Assembly (NCBI RefSeq): GCF_001194135.2
Contig: NC_068985.1
Span: 5,965,967-6,010,653 of the forward strand
From: Octopus bimaculoides
Lineage: Eukaryota
Length of the DNA: 44,687 bases
Direction: 5' to 3'
Shown here: in pieces, positions 1 to 12,636 of the stretch
Position numbering within the stretch: the stretch's first letter is position 1
How the letters are laid out: each line of letters begins with the position of its first letter
Made by a program: the position numbers and the translations under genes
Notes under the pieces: generated by a model
Told to the model about the DNA's origin: nothing
The model's database searches: none
What the model saw: the letters and a program-made list of their open reading frames with translations, nothing else

Positions 1-72
1 ATATATATATATATTTATATATATATATATATATATAATCTCATTTTGTCTAATATATATATATATATATAT
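1..72. repeat. (TA)n microsatellite containing a short 3' tail remnant of the HHR-bearing repeat at 41250-41830
   Basis: The (TA)n run is interrupted by ATCTCATTTTGTCTAATATAT (38-58), which matches ATCTCATTTTGTCCAATATAT at 41810-41830. Confidence 0.7.
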
Positions 73-854
73 AAGCTTGTCTTAAATTATAAATCAGTAA
101 TTTTTCAAAATATCCTTTAAAAATATCAGTTAGCAAGATCTAATGGAAGAGAAATTTCACATAAACACTTTTTGCGGCTCTTAGCATTTCAAATCCACGA
201 ATCTCCTCCATCGTAATGTGTTAAATCTGATTTTTAAAAATACTTTTATACAATTGATAATTTTTGATTTAAGAAAATTATCCTTGAAATATTGCAATTT
301 TTGTAATAAATATTTGATTTTTTTGAAACTTAGAAATATCGCTCTTGAGAAAATCACTTTCTGTCGTTTGTATAATGATAGTTTCACCAGTATCAATTAT
401 ATTCCGAGATATACAATATGGTGCACTGTATACTTGTTTCCTACGATTGCGTACGTGAACAGCTAGTTTGGTAGATTTGTTACGTCTATCGCATTACAAA
501 GGGCTCAGATATGCTGCATATCATCTTTTAAAACTCATGGTTCTTCCAATGTATACCTTGATACAGATTTGCTCTCTGTTAATAAAGTTTCAGAGAGCAA
601 TCTGACTATTTAAGTGGCCATATTGACAGACACTGCTATCGGAATACCTAAATCAGTCTCAAACACACACACACACACACACACGCTCACACGCTCATGT
701 CTATATATTTGTATATGCTGACGCCTGTAGACGCTTATATGTATATATGTGTGTGTGTGTGTGTCTGTGTGTGTAAAAATGAGTAGTGTAGATGTTTACA
801 TTTGTGGATGTATACACGCACAGACACACAAACACAATATATATATATATATAT

Positions 855-1017
855 GTAACGGGCTTTTTTCAGTTTCCATCTACCAAATGCACTCACAAGG
901 CTTTGGTCGGCCCGAGGCTATAGTAGAAGACATTTGCCCAAGGAGCTACGCAGTGATACTGAACCTGGAACAATGTGGTTGGTGAACAAGCTACTTACCT
1001 CACATACACTTCTGCGC
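855..1017 (-). mobile_element. SINE family A, tRNA-derived 5' half
   Basis: The reverse complement reads GCGCAGAAGTG...GGTTCAGTATCACTGCGT...GCCTCGGGCCGACCAAAGCCTTGTGAGTG...GGAAACTGAAA and runs into (TA)n/(TG)n. It is homologous to the copies at 22849 and 33401. Confidence 0.85.
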
Positions 1018-2119
1018 TTATATATATATATATATATNNNNNNNNNNNNNNNNNNNNNNNNNNNNNNNNNNNNNNNNNNNNNNNNNNNNNNNNNNNNNNN
1101 NNNNNNNNNNNNNNNNNNNNNNNNNNNNNNNNNNNNNNNNNNNNNNNNNNNNNNNNNNNNNNNNNNNNNNNNNNTCCGATCTTATATATATACATACAGG
1201 TGTGTCTGTGTGTGGTTATAACTGCTATATTTTCAATTTTGACACACACACATGCATAGAGACTTACAGCCACATTATGTGATCTCATAAGATTGATGTC
1301 GTGTGAATACACGTTTGTGTTTAACAGCTGCCTTTCTGATGGCTATTCACTCCTATTATAAGAGATCTGTCAAAGAAGTGAAAGCGAGATTATCTCTACA
1401 TAATGTGAATTTAGATTGCTAAGTTACATAAAATTATGGAGAATGTTATGATTTTCGGAATACATTAAATCTAAGAATCATTACTTTGTATCATTCGTTG
1501 TATCAATGAAGTGCATAGTTCAGATTTCATAGAAAAATATCGAGAATTCATCATGGTGAACATTCACGGAAATGTAATGTATGGCTTTCGACATCATTTG
1601 AATAATAAACAAATATGTTTTATTGTTAGAGCCATCAATCGTAAATAGAAGCAAGTATTGGTTAGTTTTACTTACTAATAATCAGAAGGAAAAATAAGAA
1701 TAGAAAAGTTTCTCGGGAATATGTTGGAGTACCTATGTGTACTTAATAAATAACCATTTCTATAATTTATACAAGTGTAAATCATTTTGAATATGTTTGT
1801 GGAAAACATTGAAAAAAATCCTTTCAGACTGGAATAAATAACCTAACACTCTCTAGTGTACCATGTCATAATTATGAATACGTAATTGTACCATAGCAAA
1901 AATAGGAAGAGCGGTGTCGAACTCCCGTCAGGGGCCAGCGAAGCCTGAAGTAGCACAGAACCGAATCAGACTGTTTAAAATAGACATGTAATCCCCACTA
2001 AATGTGTTGAGTGCCCTTTCTTCAGTTTGTCCACACACACACACACACATATATATATATGTATATATATGTATATATATATATGTTTAAAATTATATGT
2101 GTGTGTGTGTGTATATTTA

Positions 2120-2169
<50 letters not shown>

Positions 2170-2175
2170 GCATAT

Positions 2176-2332
2176 CTCTGCTTATTTCTGTGTTCCTTTC
2201 CATTGAAGAGCGTAGGTTCGAAACGTAAAAGACTTTCTCACGTCCCGATGGTTAAACTAATACATCTATTTGTTGTTTACACACTCGTTTTCGTCTTATG
2301 TTTCGTTTTTTTTTGTAAATTCCAACTATATA
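2176..2332 (+). mobile_element. Family C short repeat with a hammerhead-like motif (Penelope-like LTR-derived), copy 1
   Basis: Contains CTTT-CCATTGA-A-GAGC-GTAG-GTTC-GAAAC-GTA-AAAG (2196-2231) plus a shared downstream segment AAACTAATACATC..TTTGTTGTTTAC..GTAAATT. Homologous to 8960-9140 and 18945-19105. Confidence 0.75.
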
Positions 2333-2888
2333 TCCATATATGTCTGTATGTATATATGTTTGGATATGTATTGTGTGTGTATGTGCGTACGTGTGTGCAT
2401 GTGATACAGTAAAGCAGTATAAAGGAAATCAAAAATTAATTTCGATGAGCGGTAGTAGTGATTGTGCAGGAAATGGAAATGACGTTTTCAAACAATTTAT
2501 TTTGAGATATTTCTAAAGAAACAATAACAGTTGTAGTCATTTGTTGACATACAACGCTACGAAGATAAGTGTATCAATGCATTCATTTTTGTTACGTGCT
2601 TCAACAGATATCCAATGAAATTCAAAATTAATTACAAGTAATTGCAAAATCACAACGGCACTAATGAATCTCATGTTTTAGTACCAAGAGTAACAGTCAT
2701 TAGCAGCGGTTATTCCAATGATCTAATGGCATGCATCAATAATAGTCATTCCGTGGTTCATTAATGAAAAAGTTTATAATAATGAGATTGACTTTGAAGG
2801 CCAATGTTTTACAAAGTGTAAGAAATATCTTATAATCGAAAACTGTGAGCAGTCGTGCATTGTATTGGCATCTTTCTGATGGGTTTAA

Positions 2889-3013
2889 GGCGCGTGTGTG
2901 TTGTATGATGTTTGCTTCCCAACCATATGGTTCCAGGATCAGCCCCACTGTGTGGCATCTTGGCCAAGTGTCTTGTACTAGAGCTTCGGGCCTACCGAAG
3001 CCAGTCTTGTATA

Positions 3014-3053
<40 letters not shown>

Positions 3054-3459
3054 ATTTAGAGTAACAAAAAAAAAACACAATTATTGAATTCCTTCATGGC
3101 TTTTGTCTCTAAATTATATATTTATATATTGTGAAATTTAATTTAATAAATTAAATTGAATTTTTCTTTGTAAATTTGGATTTTTATCCCTAATATTATT
3201 ATCATAATTATATNNNNNNNNNNTATATATAGACATACACACATGTTTGTATCTGTGTTTGTCACCCACCGACACTAAACAATCCGGCGTCAGTGTGTTT
3301 ACGTCCCTGTGAATTAGCGGTTCAGCAAACAAATTTCCGATACAATAAGCACGGGCTTAATCGTATTGGGGTCGATTTTGTTCCGCTAAAATTCTCCACG
3401 TCGGTGCCCTAGCATGGCCGCAGTCCAGTGACTGAAGGAAGTATAAGATAAAAGATAAA
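2889..3459 (+). mobile_element. SINE family A, head (2889-3012) and tail (3245-3459) separated by microsatellite, AT-rich DNA and a gap
   Basis: Head has CCCAACCATATGGTTCCAGGATCAGCCCCACTG. Tail has GTGTTTACGTCCC...GGGGTCGAT...GGTGCCCTAGCATGGCCGCAGTC...(AAGATA)n. Whether head and tail are one insertion is inferred. Confidence 0.75.
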
Positions 3460-4259
3460 ATATATTAAATGGTTATAATGATATTGGGTAATAATGATAT
3501 TGGAAGTGCTTCTGAAGTTTCATATAGGTCACTCGCTCTTTCTTTTACGTCAAAATCTTACAGTCTCCAGAGAAGAAACAATTTTTGGTAAGCATTTTAG
3601 TTGTTGTAAATATATTCAAATATATTGTGTTTGAGCGAGACATGGGTTGAAACAAAAAAAAAAACAAAACATTAAATACGTTACAAATAGAATTTGGAAC
3701 ATATAAAACGGCTTTGGTTATGAAACAAGACATTTAAATGAAACAGTGTTCATTTGGGAAGCCATATACTTTTAAACATATAAAGAGTATCACCCAAGGA
3801 GAAATTTATCCATTAAAACAGATTTTATTCTTAACGACTTGTATTTATTTTTTTTTTCGGAGCTGGGATTTATTTTATCTCTCAGAAATTATCTATAAAT
3901 CCAGACGAGTTCACGATAGTGTTGCTTTCATATCTGGAACAACACTGGTGTTGCTTTCACGGTTGTACTGGAATGCATCAAGATATGACCATTCAATTGA
4001 TTGCAGAAACGTAACTCACAGACACACGCGTGCTTCTACTACGCAGTGGCGTTTTCTCTTTGACTTTTTATCATTACTTCCATAACTACATCTATTTGGA
4101 CGTGACGGGTTTCAACCCATCTCCCTCAAATATTCCTGAAGCACTCATCACTGTTCTTGTCATGATCACCATTTTTTATCTAACAACCCAGGAATTTCCC
4201 TTATTATTGTGCTTCGTCTGATCTTTCCGGAACTTCGGGGCATAATAATTAGATCTCAC

Positions 4260-4338
4260 CTCTATCCTACAGTTGTTAACTTGCTGTGATCTACGGTGAG
4301 CATCGAATACAATAAGTTTCTCATCGGTATAGAAGTCC
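4260..4338 (-). other. Candidate internal exon (DFYTDEKLIVFDAHRRSQQVNNCRIE), unverified
   Basis: Acceptor TTTGGCCTTCGCAG, donor GAG|GTGAGA, 79 nt with one open frame. No recognisable homology. Confidence 0.2.
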
Positions 4339-4814
4339 CTGCGAAGGCCAAACACACTGTTTCTCAAAACACAGTAAGTCAAAAACCAAACACTTATTAA
4401 GCATTGCTTTTATATTCTAATATTAGGAAAAAATGCTATATATGGAGATACGTTAATTCGATTCCATTGATCTGTAGAGTTTGTTTACAGACTTAGGCTT
4501 CAATTGATTCCTATTCTATAAAATGCCGAATAAAACAAATACGATAAATACATTTTTTTTATAATAGTAGAATCTAGTAGATTACACTATGCTGATATTT
4601 TAATACAGATGACAAGTTGAAATGGCGCTGAGATAGTATGTGAAAATATTACGTGGTAACATAGAAATATAGGAAAGAAGACACAACGACAGACACAACA
4701 AAACTTTCCATAAAACCAAAATCGGAATTTAGTAAAAACTAAGGAAAATTCTCTTTTGAAATGTTAATGGTAAACTATATTGTATCAAATGTCGCGTTGA
4801 ACGGAACGCAAATA

Positions 4815-5586
4815 TCTGTATATATAAAAGGGAGGATGCGGGTGTGTGTACGTGAATGTAATTTATGCACGTCCACAAATATTAGCACCCATGTCGCTCC
4901 AATTTTAGGAGGACATTCGTCATGACCCTAGCTGTATTTTTGTCAACATATTTTCTTCAGAGGCACCAGCGAATAGCAGTAAAAATAAATTTTTAACCAA
5001 AACTGTTAACAATTTTCAAGTCGGAGAAATACAGCATTGTTTCCAACAGGAGTTAAGTCCCCTTCTAGCGACGAGTAAGTTTTTGCTAAGACTTTTGTTG
5101 TTTTTTTTTTCCATCGAGGAAAACAGTGTTTTGTTGATATACGGGCAACACACACACAAACACACACACACACACACACAAACATGTATGCGTACAAAAA
5201 TTATGTATGCAATTGGTGTACGCGCGCGTGTGTGTGTGTGTGCGTGTGTGTTGCCCATATATATAAATACATATATTTAAGACTTAGTTGTGATCTGAAC
5301 ATAACTGCTTCTGACACAGAGAATCGGGAGCCCTTTTGGGCATTCTATTTTCCTTGCTGGAAGAGTTCCCAACCCATGGGCAAAATGGGTTTAGATAATG
5401 GGGGTGCTGTTTTCAAAGTGCTGGCATGTGTAACCTGATCACACCTGCCGATCAAACCCCCAACCTATCCGTTCCCGTCGCGACACTGATTCTGCCCAAA
5501 TTTGACGTCGATGTTACTTAGTTTGGTTTGAAATAAAGAATTTGATTAGCTTAATAATCCCGGCCAAAGCCGGCCTATACTGCTAG
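4815..5586 (+). mobile_element. Non-autonomous Helitron-like element
   Basis: Starts A|TCTGTATATATAAAAG and ends with a CCGGC-CAAA-GCCGG hairpin (5560-5573) followed by CTAG|T (5583-5587). It sits between A and T with no TSD and has internal (CA)n/(TG)n. Confidence 0.6.
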
Positions 5587-6285
5587 TATATCATACAGAT
5601 CGACCAAGGCGTCTTCATCAACAGACGCGGAAGCATAGAGGGCCGTTTAAAAGTGCTGTTTCGAAAGTGTTCTTTCACAACAATGTCGATTCCACCAGTC
5701 TTAATCAGTAACTATTTTATTCTTTCTGTCATAAATAAAAGAAATACATTGTATTTACCAATTCAGAGTTATTCAGACCGAATCGCACAATATATCATAC
5801 GCTATTTAGCATTTCCCTTTTGATAAACGCACCAATTCCTTCAAGCAATATTACGAGTCTTTAAACTTATTTTAACGACGTAGGTAATATTTTCATTTCA
5901 CATAGTTGTTACAGTTATACCAAGACCTAATTCGGTACTATCATAATCTGTGAGATGATCCTTCTCTCGGCTATGTAAAGTGGCTAAAAAAAAATTGGAA
6001 AAAATCTCTTCTCGATGTAGATTGTTCATAGTCAAACAGCTTTCGCAATAAACATCTTTCATTGCAAATAAACACCCACCCCCAACTAAAAAAATCTCTC
6101 ACTGCTATCATTGTTACTCCAACTCTTGCGATTTCAATCTCTCTTCTCTTGACAATAATTTGAGAAATGTAATTAAACCGCTGCTATAATCACGAAACTA
6201 CGTACATCTCCTTTTGTAAGATGTTGCTGAGCGATATCCCGTTGTTACCAAGATTTAATAAAAAACAGAAGCCAAATAGTCTCAC

Positions 6286-6359
6286 GTAGAAGTTGTCGAT
6301 GTTGTTGCTGAAGAGCACGTGGAATCCTCTGATGTGAAAGATGAACAATTATCACCCTC
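6286..6359 (-). other. Candidate Ser/Thr-rich internal exon (EGDNCSSFTSEDSTCSSATTSTTS), unverified
   Basis: Acceptor GTTCTGTGTATAG, donor AC|GTGAGA, 74 nt. Its end phase is compatible with the 4260-4338 candidate. Confidence 0.2.
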
Positions 6360-7747
6360 CTATACACAGAACAACTTGCTTGGCTTCAGTGGAAATCCAA
6401 ATTAAATTACACTCAGCGGAGAACGTATCTTGAGGAATGCAACAACATCTGATGCTACATCGAATGGTTAAACATGATAATAACGTTTAAGCAGAATAAT
6501 GAGTTTACATCTCGCCCATTATATCCCATACAAAAACAAACAACAAACACTATGGCAACTCTTCCTGCTAAGGTCTTCAGGGCAAGCTAATTACTGTAAA
6601 GCACGAACTCAGGACGCTAAGCAACCAAAATGACAAACGAACAAACAAAGAAAAAACAGTATTTTATCATGGTGGGAAAATATCCAAGCGTGCTAATATA
6701 AATCACAAGTTTGATTCGCATCCATTACTATTAAGTTTACATTCTCCAAGGAAGAACGTGAAACATTCTGGTGTGAGATTTGAAACAAAAGGAGATTTCA
6801 AACGGAATGCCTCCTGGTTTAAATTTCGGAAAGAACTCTGTAATAAAACCCGCTGTAACATGTATACGTCCAGCCTTGACATTTACACTATAGCTGATGT
6901 CAAACAACATAACGCGAAGCCACATGGAAAATACCTAATAAGTGGATGGTTTTACAAAGGACATGCATTCTATAAAAATCCATTAATATGCGTTCTGAAA
7001 GTAACTATAGCAAGCAAGTTAATATGCTATTGCAGAAACGGACCTTATAGCCAAGAATATATCCACCGTTTTGTCAGAAAATTATAGGTCCTTTGCTTGA
7101 CAAAACATTACATACAAGCTTTACCCAAGCTGTCTCGACTAATTTCTCCAAAACCAGTGACTGTTGAGGTGACAAGTGGAAACACGACTTCTCTGCCGGA
7201 TAACGCTTCATAAGCAAAGCTTTGCGGACCGAAGTAGGAAAACACCACAGATATCGTGTGAGAGTATGACTCGAACACAGGGCATCATTCAGCTGTATTA
7301 CACATTCATAGTTGCTGACTTCTCTCTACTTGGCATTAGTCGCTGTCATTGAAGGGCTCAGAACGACCGGGACAGCCATCTCCACAAAATTTAGAGCCGA
7401 AAGATCATTTCCAATGTTATGAATATTTCAAAGAGAATATTCGAAGGATGAAGACTTTCGGTAATTTTGTTTATTTTGGCATTAAATCCGTTATCATTTC
7501 TGTTAGGGAAAAAGGATCTGTTCAGTTTAGCTCACAGATTTTAAATTGATTTAAAAAAAAAAATTAAACAGTTTGAAAAACTTCGTATACTGGTGGAATG
7601 TCTCGCGTAGTACACGGTATTTTAGAAGTTATTTCGTGTTAGAGATGTATTTGGGTAATTTTAACCAATCAACGACGTGTATCCGGCTGAAGAAAGCTAC
7701 TGTTTATCCCTTCTGCGTTTAACACCTTGTGGGCAATGAAGAAATAA

Positions 7748-7920
7748 GAAACGTTAGCACGCCGGGCTAAATGCTTAATTCCGCAAAGTCCGACACTGAC
7801 ATTCATCATTCGGGAACAATAAATTAAGTAGCAGTTGCGCACTGGGGTCGATCTAATCGAATCCCCCCCACAAAAAAAAACCCAATTCGGGCCTTGTGCC
7901 TAGAGGAGAAAAGAAAAGAA
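7748..7920 (+). mobile_element. SINE family B, internally deleted copy
   Basis: GAAACGTTAGCACGCCGGGC.AAATGCTTA...AAATTAAGTAGCAGTTGCGCACTGGGGTCGATCTAATCGA...GGGCCTTGTGCCTAG, matching 44216-44433. Confidence 0.8.
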
Positions 7921-7964
7921 TATACAATACCATCAACAAATGTGTTTCATTGAATAGACATATA

Positions 7965-8068
7965 CAGGGTGGGGCAAAATGAGCTGTTACATTTGTATTT
8001 TTTCCATTCTTTTCTCTATTTGACTTTTATTAATCCTACACGTGTGTCAGATCATTTTGCTCCCACCA
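7965..8068. mobile_element. About 105-bp Tc1/mariner-type mini-MITE
   Basis: TA|CAGGGTGGGGCAAAATGA ... TCATTTTGCTCCCACCA|TA: imperfect terminal inverted repeats flanked by TA. Confidence 0.5.
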
Positions 8069-8163
8069 TATAGAATCCTCCATTTATGGAATTAATTTTT
8101 TAACATCAGCAAAAGGAATATTGGTGGAACTTCCCTATAAATTTTCTATGAAGCGCAAAGATT

Positions 8164-8666
8164 GCATGCCACCATTGGTACAGATTTTGAACACTAGTCA
8201 TTTTGTCATACATATCATACAAATTTTATTTATTAGAAGTCACACTGTAAGGAAGGAGCTGGTTTCTTACAAAGTTTATATAACATGCGTCGTCATACAA
8301 TTCAGCTTCCTGTTTCGATGTGAATATCACTTCGGAAAACTACTGACAACTTCGAGTTTTCTGCTGCTTGTTAAGTGCTTAAGTGAAAAAAAAATAAATT
8401 GGAAAAACTACCGTTTTCAGACGATGATCAAGCTAACCTATAACACAACAAACAAGAATCTGCAAGCTGAACAGTAAAAGTATGCAAAGATTTTACGAAT
8501 TTAAACATATGACATTGAATTTACTATTTAAAATACAAATGCTAGAGCCTTGTATCTTTGTAAGAAACCAGCTCCTTCCTTACAGTGTGACTTCTAATAA
8601 ATAAAATTTGTATGATATGTATGACAAAATGACTAGTGTTCAAAATCTGTACCAATGGTGGCATGC
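8164..8666. repeat. Perfect 111-bp inverted repeat (8164-8274 / 8556-8666) with a 281-bp spacer
   Basis: Compared base by base; the arms are exact reverse complements. Confidence 0.95.
8280..8606 (+). mobile_element. Decayed 3' end of an RLE-type (R4/Dong-like) LINE
   Basis: Broken frame ...LEKLPFS...TVKVCKDF resembles ...TVKIYKIF in 34150-34596. The 3' UTR motif at 8548-8580 matches the reverse complement of 34185-34217 at 29/33 nt and ends in AATAAATAAAA. Confidence 0.6.
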
Positions 8667-8886
8667 GGAATTTTTGAGAAGTTATTTAGCTGCGGCCATA
8701 TCTATTAAGTCGCATACTTAAAAATACGTGTGCGATGTTAGTGAATGATGTTTAAAATTCTGCGTACAGTTGGTATTGAATTTACACCAATGTTAATAAT
8801 GATAGATATTACGGATATTAATGAGTTTTATGTTCGTTACTTAGGTGGATATGTATATAAGTTTATATCTATCTGTATGTACTTTG

Positions 8887-8936
<50 letters not shown>

Positions 8937-8959
8937 ACGCTCGCCATGATTGACCGCTA

Positions 8960-9140
8960 ACTCCGCAAGCTTTTTTTTATTCTCTCTCTCTGTTTATTTT
9001 TTCGTGTTCCTTTCTGTTGTGGAGCGTCGGCTCGAAACGTAAAGGACTTTTTCATTTTGCTGAGCGTCAAACTAATACACCTGTTTGTTGTTTATACACC
9101 TGTCTTCGTCTTTTGTTTTTTCTGTAAATTTCAAGTATAT
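8960..9140 (+). mobile_element. Family C short repeat with a hammerhead-like motif, copy 2
   Basis: CTTT-CTGTTGT-G-GAGC-GTCG-GCTC-GAAAC-GTA-AAGG (9010-9045), with the downstream segment shared by copies 1 and 3. The 5' boundary is approximate. Confidence 0.75.
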
Positions 9141-9218
9141 ACGCTCACATATAATGTACACATAGACTGACATTATGCACATATATCTCAATGACACACA
9201 CACACACACACACACAAG

Positions 9219-9273
<55 letters not shown>

Positions 9274-11343
9274 GCACACATACATGCTTGTATATTTGTG
9301 ATTACTGTTGTGATTGTTAATTTCGTCTAAATTTTATTTTGTGCAATACACTGTGTTTATACATAGACAATCTTGTGTGCGGCCACATGCGCAAAAACAC
9401 ACACATGTATATAAACATATGCATGTATATGCCTATATATGCGTATGAATGTGTGCGTGCAATTAATGACAGAATTGGTTCTAACCGTATACCATGATAC
9501 GAAGTTCCATTTATACGTCGTAGAAGTTAGATTAAGAATCTTCTTTCTTACACTCGAGAATACGTATAACGAGCAAACATTGCAACGAGACATCATGTTA
9601 GAATACTGCAATATGATAGTAATACACATTAATGCCAAGTTATTCATCTGGAAAATAAGCATGATATATTAGAGAAACACTGGCGGCCTGGTGCTGTCTT
9701 GAACCAAACGTAATGTATTTGTAAAGTTTTCTACTCTCCGTCTGAAAGTTTCACCGTTCAGTCGGAAACGCAGACACGGATCTCACACACAACCACATGC
9801 ATTCACACACGCTCGCTTTCTAATGTTTTTCTCTATTTCTTCTTCTTTCATCATACACCCAAATCAGGAAAGAACCTTGTACATAAATGTGTGTAAATAT
9901 TTGCCTCGGAACAAAGTGGTTGATTTCAAACTTTACTTTTGTTAACTGCTATGCTATGGCTTGAAATAAGTGCAGGTGCAAAGTAGACCAAATCACTTAC
10001 ACATATTTCGAATGTTTGCTATCAATTATATTTACTATATATCTCCAAAATATGTTTAGCTGCTTGAGAAAGCATTAATATATTGAAACAGAATAACTAT
10101 ATTTAACCAATAAAATTAAGATATGTTATTGACCTCCTTTCAATCGTATTGGAACGAAAGTCTGACGATAAACAGACGAGAAATTTGCTGCTAACTTTCT
10201 TCCTCAAAAGCTTTGGGGGACAACACATAGGAATATAATTACAACTTTGGACAATTTAAAAGATGATTTAGATAGCTTTGATAACTTATTGAACTATAGT
10301 ATAATTTAGAAAATGCATATACAAAATCATTTCTAAACATGGAACGTAAAGTATGGTCTGTGACAAACAATATCTTATCGCCGCCATGCGTCACTGCATG
10401 CGAATTCTTTTATCTTCACTGAACAAAAGATACCTCAATGTTTATACTCATGTGATCGAACGATAAACGATGAAAATAAGAGATTAGTGGTCATTTAGTC
10501 TTCACTTAATCTTTATGCCATGTCAATATTCCTTGTAGCATACACTTACAAACATTCTCTTCGACAAATCTGTTTTTTTTTTCTTTTTGATAACAACAAC
10601 AAAAAGAAAAAGGATTGGAGTCTTGTGAACTATACATTATTCTCTTCGCAAAAATCTCAGAAGGAATTATGAAATAAACAAGAATAGTTATGGAAAATAT
10701 AAAACTCGAATAGTCAATCTTGAGAGTACATAATATTTATGAGACACAATGACCATATGTAAATAAAGACAAACACGCACACGTACAGAGAGTTATGGAA
10801 ACACACAGTTACACACACACACATATAGAAATATNNNNNNNNNNNNNNNNNNNNNNNNNNNNNNNNNNNNNNNNNNNNNNNNNNNNNNNNNNNNNNNNNN
10901 NNNNNNNNNNNNNNNNNNNNNNNNNNNNNNNNNNNNNNNNNNNNNNNNNNNNNNNNNNNNNNNNNNNNNNNNNNNNNNNNNNNNNNNNNNNNNNNNNNNN
11001 NNNNNNNNNNNNNNNNNNNNNNNNNNNNNNNNNNNNNNNNNNNNNNNNNNNNNNNNNNNNNNNNNNNNNNNNNNNNNNNNNNNNNNNNNNNNNNNNNNNN
11101 NNNNNNNNNNNNNNNNNNNNNNNNNNNNNNNNNNNNNNNNNNNNNNNNNNNNNNNNNNNNNNNNNNNNNNNNNNNNNNNNNNNNNNNNNNNNNNNNNNNN
11201 NNNNNNNNNNNNNNNNNNNNNNNNNNNNNNNNNNNNNNNNNNNNNNNNNNNNNNNNNNNNNNNNNNNNNNNNNNNTATATATATATACATACACAATGTG
11301 CATTCTAGAAGTTTTAAGTGTTTTTCAGGAGAAATTATTAATT

Positions 11344-11640
11344 TCAAACAATCACAAAACTGTTGTCTGCTTTAAAGAAGGACCCCCTGACTTCAATGCA
11401 CTTGTTAGTTGGTCTGAGTCCCTTGGTGAAGGCTCTATTGAAGTCCTGCAAAATTAAGGTATCCAGGAATCCTGTCAAAGCCTCCTTTATTAGTTCCTTC
11501 AGTTTATGAAGTAACCAAAAATCCCTTGGAGCAATGTCTGAAGTGGTGGAAGAATTAAGGACAGCTTTCATATCCATCTCTGTCAAGTTGTGGGTTACCA
11601 GGATCGAACTGTGGATTGGTGCATTGCTCTGGTGCAGGTG
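11344..11640 (-). mobile_element. Mariner transposase C-terminal remnant
   Basis: HLHQSNAPIHSSILVTHNLTEMDMKAV...SDIAPRDFWLLHKL...KEALTGFLDTL...KCIEVRGSFF corresponds to the mariner HxDNAPxH / YSPDLAPxDFWLF / KCIxxxGxYF motifs. Confidence 0.8.
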
Positions 11641-12636
11641 TGTCACCGACTCATGTGACGAGCTCTCTTCTTGAAGTCCCACAACACCTCCACAAATTAC
11701 ACTTGGTAAACAGTATGGGCGAAGGTAACACAGTGGATGCAGATGATGTCCTTGGCATTGAAATGGCAATCATTAAATGCTTCACGGTGTGCTTGCATGA
11801 CCTGGCATGTTCTGTTTGCTTTAGACAGACGTTTGATTCATAATATTTAATCGATAAGCAGTCGCAATCTTGTTATACGTTTCTATAACATTTTGAACCA
11901 TTTTATCGCAAAACCCTTTGCATAACGAGCTTCAGAATTATCCTTACGTCCCGGCTGCATTCTGCAAATCAGTCAACTTCCACAAGCAGTGGTTAGTAGG
12001 GTACATTCCGAGAGCTGTTACAGCCGTTTACTTCTCTCTGGAATAACAATTTTGCAGGTCGGCTTACTACATACATAGTTATTATATGCTAAAAATACAA
12101 TTATTTAGAACAGTTGTAACTGCCTTGACGTACCTCACCAATTCATACACAAGGGGAACAAATGTACCCGTGCAAAAACATATATTTGCCGAGCGGGTTT
12201 CTTTTTGGGTTATCGTCAACAAAATGTTCGTATTTTCGGTGCGGCTTTATGTAATATTTACATTGATTTTGCTGAACAGGATGGGAAAATGTCTGTTTAT
12301 CAATGGTCGGTTTGCTTTTATCATATTCTTTTATTTATTTATTCATTTGTTGTTTAAGTCATTTGACCCTGTCTATGCTTTTGATAATTTTGAGTATGTT
12401 TACTATTATTTTCCTTTTGGTTTTGTTCCTGTTATAGTTTGCCTTGAAATGCCAAATTTCACAACATCTTTGTTGCCTTATTCAGTTTGGTTGTATTTGT
12501 TAGAATATAGATTTTGAATATCATTTGCATTAAATGCTAATACTCATTTGATGAGATTTTAATGATTGTTTTAATAAACCGAACAAAGATTACTAATGAA
12601 TGTTCAAAGCTTATCACAAACGTGCGAATTATTTAC

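Noticed and set aside
1909-1940. GAGCGGTGTCGAACTC...CAGGGGCCAG resembling a hAT terminal repeat
   Set aside because: No matching opposite end or 8-bp TSD was found.
6703-6882. 59-aa minus frame (...RLKSPFVSNLTPECFTFFLGECKLNSNG...) with passing resemblance to MAM and Kunitz motifs
   Set aside because: It fits neither fully (no WYHM, missing Kunitz cysteines), resembles two unrelated folds equally, and has a weak donor. Treated as chance pending an HMM search.
8164-8666. Interpretation as a MITE with 111-bp TIRs
   Set aside because: There is no TSD, and the interior and part of the arm are LINE 3'-end sequence.
12086-12517. 143-aa hydrophobic ORF
   Set aside because: F/I/L/Y richness follows from T-rich composition; no motif and no splice support.
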